Positions 25,307-30,212 of a DNA stretch of 30,212 nucleotides are shown here, one piece after another. The stretch is taken from positions 1-30,212 of IMG/VR virus record IMGVR_UViG_3300033067_001183, one strand, 5' to 3'. The position numbers were made by a program, and so were the translations under genes. The notes beneath the pieces were generated by a model, which saw only the letters and a program-made list of their open reading frames with translations, did no database searches and had not been told where the DNA came from. The stretch's first letter is position 1. Every line of letters starts with the position of its first letter. The stretch comes from a virus. Its lineage: Duplodnaviria; Caudoviricetes.

Positions 25307-25694
25307 GCTCTGATTGGGTGTCTGATATTCTATGTTTTCTGTCGACCTTGTAAGAAATATCAAGCATATTGAGGAATTCTGCTGTTGTAAAGTTTTCTAT
25401 TTTGAGTCTGTAAACTGTGTATGCGCCTTGTGGCCGGCTTTCGCAATAAAAAGGGTAGTAAATGGAAAGGTCGGAAATGCGCGCCGGAGCCTTGTGTGAG
25501 CCAAATAATTGGCCGTACGCTCCTACAAATTCCCAAGCGTTCCACCAAACTTTGCCACTATTTTGGTATTCTTGTGCCATTCTAATCACGCATTGATCTA
25601 TGCCGGATATTTTTTTTGAAACTGGTTTGTAGTCTGCGAGCTTTTGTTTGTACTCGCTCTCTACTATGTATAAGTATCTTTCAAAGTTGTTCAT
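25299..25694 (-). CDS. Hypothetical protein
   Basis: 131-aa ORF in the operon. Confidence 0.65.
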   Translation of the reverse strand: MNNFERYLYIVESEYKQKLADYKPVSKKISGIDQCVIRMAQEYQNSGKVWWNAWEFVGAYGQLFGSHKAPARISDLSIYYPFYCESRPQGAYTVYRLKIENFTTAEFLNMLDISYKVDRKHRISDTQSEHD

Positions 25695-25870
25695 AAGTTT
25701 TGTTTTAATATTGTTTTTATAATATCTCTCAAGTTTGATCTGACGCTGTGGTTTGTTCCAAAGTGCCAGTTGTCGTACGCTTCCATTATTTTAATTGTTA
25801 TTATCTCGGCTTGCTCGTCAGGAGTTAAGTCTTTCAGGGGTTTCTTTTTGTTTTGGGCAGGTTTTTGCAT
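25691..25870 (-). CDS. 59-aa hypothetical protein (not in the ORF track)
   Basis: MQKPAQNKKKPLKDLTPDEQAEIITIKIMEAYDNWHFGTNHSVRSNLRDIIKTILKQNL*. ATGA overlap with the next gene; fills the operon gap. Confidence 0.6.
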   Translation of the reverse strand: MQKPAQNKKKPLKDLTPDEQAEIITIKIMEAYDNWHFGTNHSVRSNLRDIIKTILKQNL

Positions 25871-26033
25871 GTGTGTATAATTTCATTAGGGTTTTGAGGT
25901 TTTTAGACTCTAGTTCCCAATAACTACAGGTACATCCATTTCTAAGTTTCATTTCCCTCTCTTTTTCTTTTTCCCAGTGAGCTTTGTTATGCTCTTCAAA
26001 GTTTACTTCCACCATTTTGAATCGGTCTGGCAT
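25818..26033 (-). CDS. Hypothetical protein (CxC...HxxxCP)
   Basis: ORF begins 1 nt after the upstream stop; possible Zn ligands. Confidence 0.55.
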   Translation of the reverse strand: MPDRFKMVEVNFEEHNKAHWEKEKEREMKLRNGCTCSYWELESKNLKTLMKLYTHAKTCPKQKETPERLNS

Positions 26034-26034
26034 A

Positions 26035-26613
26035 TTATTTTATGTAATTTAAATATTTGCCATTGTTGTAGTCCGACCAAGCTGTGAAGCCATCGCCAAA
26101 CAATTTTTTTCGTTCCTCATAGATCTTGCGCGCCATTGCGAAGTTTTTTTCTAAGTCGTGCATTTCTTTACAAAATGTCTCCTTTGTAGTTCCAGCTTTT
26201 CTGTGAATCGTGTTTGTTTGGAAAAATCCACAATCCCATGATCCGTTCGAGTTTAGTTTGTAAGTTGTGACTTGCTTTCCTTTTGACTCCGAGAGCGAGA
26301 TGGCTCTCATTGTCTTTGCAATCTCTGGCTCTGGGAAGTATTTTTTAAAAAGGTATGATACTTTTGGGTTTTTGGAAAGGTTGTCGTAGAATTGATTTTC
26401 TAAGTCTTCTCTGGCAGTTGCGTCTCCATCGATTTGGCCTTCAAAATATCCAACTTCCCATCCTTCTTGGTATATTCTTTTTGTTTCCTTTTCATAGTAA
26501 AGATGTCCTCCAAAGATGGCCGACCAGAATATTATGTTAAATATAATGGCGAACCAGATTGCTTTTTTGTAGTCTTGTCCGGCTGTGAATTGTCCTAGTT
26601 TGTTTCTTTTCAT
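26035..26613 (-). CDS. Membrane-anchored lytic transglycosylase (SLT/lysozyme-like)
   Basis: N-terminal TM; AIS.SES...NSNGSWDCGFFQTN...GFTAWS.Y. Confidence 0.8.
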   Translation of the reverse strand: MKRNKLGQFTAGQDYKKAIWFAIIFNIIFWSAIFGGHLYYEKETKRIYQEGWEVGYFEGQIDGDATAREDLENQFYDNLSKNPKVSYLFKKYFPEPEIAKTMRAISLSESKGKQVTTYKLNSNGSWDCGFFQTNTIHRKAGTTKETFCKEMHDLEKNFAMARKIYEERKKLFGDGFTAWSDYNNGKYLNYIK

Positions 26614-26615
26614 AA

Positions 26616-26804
26616 TTATTGTTTTATTCTGATAAGAGTTTTGTTTTTATAAAGTTCTCTAACCACTAAAGCGATGCGTACATAGATTTGCATGTGTCTT
26701 GGGTTCGCTCCGATCTTGCGCGCAAGGTCTGCGAGTGTAATTCCATCCTCTAGCCACAGCATAACATTTTCAACTTCGCTCTTTTTTATTTTTTTAATTA
26801 GCAT
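26616..26804 (-). CDS. Small HTH-like protein
   Basis: ITLADLARKIG motif. Confidence 0.55.
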   Translation of the reverse strand: MLIKKIKKSEVENVMLWLEDGITLADLARKIGANPRHMQIYVRIALVVRELYKNKTLIRIKQ

Positions 26805-27084
26805 TTTGTTTTGTTGAGTTTACTTCAGCGTCTAATTGTTCCTTTGTTAATAAAAGCACATATTTTATATCGTAATGTTCAGTCACTGTGTTGTATCCGG
26901 TTGAGTCGTTTGTTTCTGACATTGTCTTCCAACTGTATGGGTATAAAATATTTTTTTCATCGTCAAGCTCTAAGTCATCCATTGTAATTTGGTTTTCAAA
27001 TACATCGTAGGCAGGGTTCTGCTCTAGGTATGAATGCAGGGCTTCTATTTCTGCAATTGTTAATGTCCTAATTATTTGTTTCAT
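26794..27084 (-). CDS. Hypothetical acidic protein
   Basis: First gene after the 27123-27168 promoter. Confidence 0.65.
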   Translation of the reverse strand: MKQIIRTLTIAEIEALHSYLEQNPAYDVFENQITMDDLELDDEKNILYPYSWKTMSETNDSTGYNTVTEHYDIKYVLLLTKEQLDAEVNSTKQNAN

Positions 27085-27122
27085 ATATTTTTTGTGTAGG
27101 GCTTGTTTTCCCTACATTGTTA

Positions 27123-27168
27123 AGTATGGCTCTTTGTGTGTTAATTGCAAGTAGCACATTGTGGATAA
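27123..27168 (-). promoter_or_regulatory. DnaA box plus early promoter
   Basis: On the - strand: TTATCCACA-9 nt-TTGCAA-16 nt-CATACT, followed by hairpin TGTAGGG...CCCTACA. Confidence 0.75.
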
Positions 27169-27516
27169 CTATTTTGCCGAAATAATGCCGGAGTTTACAA
27201 GGTTTTGTCGCACTCTGGCCATCGCTTCTCTAGACCTTTGCAATTCCTCAGGTGTCATTTGCGGCTCGATCTGCTGCTTTTTCTCTGGGGGGAATAAGTC
27301 GTTTTTAAGTTTCCAGTAGTCTTTGTCGTCATTCACAAAAACATCTCTAATGTCTATTTTAGAAAATGTGTAGGGGTCTAGCGACTCGGCGTGATTTACT
27401 TTGAATTTAAAATCATTGCCTATTTTTTCATTCATGAAATGCTCCTGAATAAAAAGGGCGTCCTTCCTTTCGATGTACAGGGGGGTTCTCCTGTTTTTTA
27501 CCATTAGGTTGCTCAT
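27169..27516 (-). CDS. Hypothetical protein in the replication operon
   Basis: TAATG coupling to the upstream gene. Confidence 0.65.
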   Translation of the reverse strand: MSNLMVKNRRTPLYIERKDALFIQEHFMNEKIGNDFKFKVNHAESLDPYTFSKIDIRDVFVNDDKDYWKLKNDLFPPEKKQQIEPQMTPEELQRSREAMARVRQNLVNSGIISAK

Positions 27517-27740
27517 TATTGATTTGCCTCTGCGTCAGAAATGTTATAGTCGACCTCTGCTATAACTCTAACATCCTCAACTGGCGTGTCCTCCAATGCT
27601 GCACACAAGTCTCTAATTTCTTGTAATTCCTCCTCGCTTTCAAAGGCTGATTTCATAACCTCTGCGTACACTTCCTCGTCAGTTGCAAAAATTAAAACTG
27701 TCACTAATTTTCCACTTTGTAATGTTAATATTTTTTTCAT
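27516..27740 (-). CDS. Hypothetical acidic protein
   Basis: Downstream of the initiator gene. Confidence 0.6.
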   Translation of the reverse strand: MKKILTLQSGKLVTVLIFATDEEVYAEVMKSAFESEEELQEIRDLCAALEDTPVEDVRVIAEVDYNISDAEANQ

Positions 27741-27754
27741 AAATTAAGTATAAA

Positions 27755-28546
27755 TTATTTTTTAGTTAAGTCCACTCCACCACCGGTTGTTAATTTGCGC
27801 TTTCCTTTGCGCTCGACCATCACCACATTGTCCTCCCACCTCTTTTGATTTAGCCAAGTTGTCGGATGAGGGGGGTTGTCTCCACCTATCCCATCATTTA
27901 GCCAATCTTTCCAAAAGTGATTATTTTCCACCTGCTTGTTAATAGCATTTACACACTCGGTTTGTAATTCCTCAGTAAGCAATTGAAAAACCTCGTAGGC
28001 CTTCCCCTTTGCCACCTTGTTAGGGTAGGCAGTCCAGAAAGACTCAAATTTGAAACCATATCCACCATTTAGCCTTTCCTTTTTTGAAGTTTTAGACTCA
28101 GTGATCTTAATAATATTAGTATTGTTAATATTAGTATTGTTAGTGTGACTGTGTGTCACTCGGTTATTGGACTGTAAGTCACTCGGCTGTCCGTATGACT
28201 GTAAGTCACTCGGTTTGTTTTTCCATTGTGATTTGTCTAGCAAAACATAGTCATTATTCATTTGTTTGCCATCTGATCCCTTATTTCTTTCAACTTTTAT
28301 AATCCTCCATTCCTCAAGGAGTTTAATTGACCTGATTACACTTCTCTCGCTTATGTTGTTTTCTTTTGCGATTAATTTAATGCTAGGGAAACACTCCTGT
28401 GTCTCAGCTCTGGCGTGTCGGCAAAGGGAAAGGTATGTTACAGTAGCATTCGGATTTAATAATTTTGCGTACCCATTAAGATACTCGTTGTCCACCATAA
28501 AGAAATTTTTATTTCTAAAATCTCTTATAACTAGTTCTTGTTTCAT
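27755..28546 (-). CDS. Phage replication initiator (N-terminal wHTH)
   Basis: Y..LCRHA...CFPSI..IA...ISERSV.R.IK.LEE HTH; C-terminal FESFW.AYP.KV.K..A and PHPTTWLNQ.RWED; iterons in the linker. Confidence 0.85.
   Translation of the reverse strand: MKQELVIRDFRNKNFFMVDNEYLNGYAKLLNPNATVTYLSLCRHARAETQECFPSIKLIAKENNISERSVIRSIKLLEEWRIIKVERNKGSDGKQMNNDYVLLDKSQWKNKPSDLQSYGQPSDLQSNNRVTHSHTNNTNINNTNIIKITESKTSKKERLNGGYGFKFESFWTAYPNKVAKGKAYEVFQLLTEELQTECVNAINKQVENNHFWKDWLNDGIGGDNPPHPTTWLNQKRWEDNVVMVERKGKRKLTTGGGVDLTKK
28111..28213. repeat. Putative replication origin: three 17-bp iterons plus an AT-rich tandem repeat
   Basis: GACTGT(aa/gt)GTCACTCGG at 28147, 28170 and 28197; TAATATTAGTATTGT twice at 28111-28140; located inside the initiator gene, as in lambda O. 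Confidence 0.8.
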
Positions 28547-28565
28547 ATTGTTTTTTTAAAATTAG

Positions 28566-28652
28566 CCGATCAATTCCTGTCGTGTTTTTTTCTGATCCGT
28601 ACCTAGCCTTGCAAGTTAGGTACAGATCAGAGAATGCAAGGCAACTGACCGG
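28566..28652 (-). promoter_or_regulatory. Structured 5' leader of the initiator gene
   Basis: Outer 10-bp stem, inner 15-bp hairpin, and an 8-bp GCCTTGCA/TGCAAGGC alternative pairing. Confidence 0.65.
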
Positions 28653-28659
28653 TAGAGTA

Positions 28660-28745
28660 AGTATGCATTGAGAACTGCTAAATGCAAAGCGTGGGATTGT
28701 GGATAACTCAAACTCGCTTGACATTGTATTAATTCGCAGTACACT
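28660..28745. promoter_or_regulatory. Divergent promoters sharing a central DnaA box
   Basis: Leftward TTGCAT-16-CATACT (28660-28687); box TGTGGATAA at 28698-28706; rightward TTGACA-16-TACACT (28718-28745). Confidence 0.75.
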
Positions 28746-28752
28746 TGATCTT

Positions 28753-29202
28753 ATGGCCAGAAAGTCTGTAAAATGGTGGGAGTTAGAGACTAAATCTTCT
28801 CCGAAAACTCTTGCTCGAGCAAAAAGAGCAAGAGAGAAAGCGAACCTTGATCCTGAGAAAGTTGAGAAAAGAAAAAAATATCTCAAAGAGTACCGAGAAA
28901 AAAACAGGGAAGAAACTAAACAAAAACACATCATCTTTAGATATAAGGTCTTGTCGTTGTACTCAAATAATCAAAAACCTAGCTGTGCGTGTTGTGGAGA
29001 AGATGAAATAAACTTTTTATCCCTTGACCATATTGACGGAGGAGGAACACAAGAAAGAAAAAAACTAAATTCAAGAGGTGGAAATTCATTCTTCTTTTAT
29101 TTAAAAAAACTTGGATTCCCTAAAGGTTTTCAAGTTTTATGTCACAATTGCAATATGGCAAAGGGAATATATAAAACATGTCCACACCAACTCAAAAAAT
29201 AA
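28753..29202 (+). CDS. HNH-like endonuclease
   Basis: CACCG...LSLDHI.GGG...QVLCHNCN..K. Start placed at the ATG at 28753, 7 nt after the -10 box. Confidence 0.8.
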   Translation: MARKSVKWWELETKSSPKTLARAKRAREKANLDPEKVEKRKKYLKEYREKNREETKQKHIIFRYKVLSLYSNNQKPSCACCGEDEINFLSLDHIDGGGTQERKKLNSRGGNSFFFYLKKLGFPKGFQVLCHNCNMAKGIYKTCPHQLKK

Positions 29203-29504
29203 AAGAAACTCAAATACAAACAGCAATTTGTGATTACTTAGCACACAAAAAACTATTCTTTTGGCGACAAAATACTGGAGGGATGTTCCGAGACAACAGG
29301 TGGTTTGCAATGCCTAAGTACTCAAAAAAAGGAATACCTGACATTCTTTTAGTCAAAGATGGTTTATTTATTGGCCTAGAGGTAAAAAGACCAAAAGGAA
29401 GACAAAGCGATCATCAAAAAGCCTTCGAGCAAGAATGCAAAAAAGCCGGAGGACAATATTATATAATTACATCTGTCGAGGATGTGCAAAAATTAGGATT
29501 TTAA
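29178..29504 (+). CDS. VRR-NUC domain nuclease (putative junction resolvase)
   Basis: E..IQ..I..YL, GIPDI, LEVKRPKGRQS..QK.F. Confidence 0.9.
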   Translation: MSTPTQKIKETQIQTAICDYLAHKKLFFWRQNTGGMFRDNRWFAMPKYSKKGIPDILLVKDGLFIGLEVKRPKGRQSDHQKAFEQECKKAGGQYYIITSVEDVQKLGF

Positions 29505-29514
29505 TAAAAAATAT

Positions 29515-29793
29515 ATGAATGATAATAATATAAATGGTGCTCAAGTAGGCAATGTTGGTAGAACACTCACAGCCGGAGAAATTGCTGTAGGTACTCTTTT
29601 TAATCCAAGTGGAGATCAAAAGGTAGCAGAATTAAAAGCGTTATTTGCAAAAGCATTTGACATTGTAGAACAATCTGTACCTGCAGATGATGGCACAATT
29701 CCGACTGCTAGAAAAAGAAAAATGCGTGATGAGGCACTTGCAAACATTATTACAGCACAAATGTGGGCTGTAAAAGTAGTAACTTTGAAATAG
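29515..29793 (+). CDS. Acb2/Tad1-like helical hairpin protein (candidate nucleotide-signal sponge)
   Basis: LT.GE.AVG..FNPSG...V..LK...A...I.TAQMWAVK pattern and 92-aa size; family link recalled from memory. Confidence 0.45.
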   Translation: MNDNNINGAQVGNVGRTLTAGEIAVGTLFNPSGDQKVAELKALFAKAFDIVEQSVPADDGTIPTARKRKMRDEALANIITAQMWAVKVVTLK

Positions 29794-29796
29794 GAT

Positions 29797-30212
29797 ATGC
29801 AAGAAAAAATTATCAAAAACAAAGTAAAAGACACAAAAACGCTTACTTTACAAGCCTTTTTAGACGATTTTACATTCAACACTCTCAAGGACGCTAACAA
29901 GCGTGATGTCACAAAACTAAAAAACGCAATGCGAAAGCGTGGGTGGACTTCGCCTGTTTTTACATGGCAAAAGTTTGTGGTGGATGGAACAGGTCGTAGA
30001 AAGGCTGTAGTGGAATTGCTCGAGGAGGGCTACACATTCCCAGAGGGCATTCCCTATGTGGAAGTAGAGGCAAAGGATATGGCAGAGGCAAAGCAACTGG
30101 CTCTCGACTTTTCTTCTCAACATGGATACATCACAAAGGACTCTTTCCTAGAATATACTGCCGACTTTGAAGTTGACTTTGAAACTATGCAAATTGCAGG
30201 GTTTGACAAAGA
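29797..30212 (+). CDS. ParB/Srx-like N-terminal domain protein (3'-truncated)
   Basis: Open to the window end: MQEKII...LKNAMRKRGWTSPVFTW..FVVDGTGRRKAV...IPYVEVEA. Not in the ORF track. Confidence 0.75.
   Translation, partial: MQEKIIKNKVKDTKTLTLQAFLDDFTFNTLKDANKRDVTKLKNAMRKRGWTSPVFTWQKFVVDGTGRRKAVVELLEEGYTFPEGIPYVEVEAKDMAEAKQLALDFSSQHGYITKDSFLEYTADFEVDFETMQIAGFDK

Noticed and set aside
28111-28213. Short direct repeats as a possible mini-CRISPR array
   Set aside because: The repeats are 17 bp with 6-10 bp spacers, lie in coding sequence and have no cas genes nearby; iterons fit better.
22068-28934. Opposite-strand ORFs over the early genes and the divergent promoter (22068, 22606, 24211, 24458, 26355, 28266, 28515)
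   Set aside because: They overlap motif-bearing genes or promoters and have no recognisable features of their own.
17717-29190. Shared peptide IYKTCP in the endolysin and at the HNH C-terminus
   Set aside because: The codons differ and the contexts are unrelated; most likely coincidence.
1-30212. Stop-codon reassignment, tRNAs, introns or inteins
   Set aside because: Core genes are full length in the standard code with dense packing. I saw no cloverleaf or T-loop motif and no intein or intron-like interruption.

Overview
The window holds most of a compact, AT-rich tailed-phage genome with a P22/T7-style short-tail layout. It begins inside the terminase small subunit and ends inside a ParB-like gene, so it looks like a near-complete, permuted genome. 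The + strand (1-20083) carries the terminase, portal, scaffold, major capsid, adaptor/nozzle, two ejection proteins, tail fibre/adhesin, lysis genes and a few accessory genes. The - strand (20148-28546) carries early genes: a replication initiator with internal iterons, RecT, a PD-(D/E)XK nuclease-FtsK fusion, an SLT muramidase and small membrane/HTH proteins. A divergent + arm (28753-end) has HNH, VRR-NUC, Acb2/Tad1-like and ParB-like genes. I found no integrase, tRNA or CRISPR array. Most genes lack Shine-Dalgarno sites and several look leaderless, which suggests (inference only) a Patescibacteria/CPR-like host. The most notable signals are: (1) the nuclease-FtsK fusion next to RecT; (2) a long hairpin after the capsid gene whose loop is complementary to sites upstream of three start codons; (3) perfect DnaA boxes just upstream of four promoter regions, one driving a peptide with an Hda-like clamp motif; (4) several structured RNA leaders; (5) an unannotated 30-aa, 50%-lysine peptide in the head module. 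All family calls come from motif recognition by eye, not from database searches.
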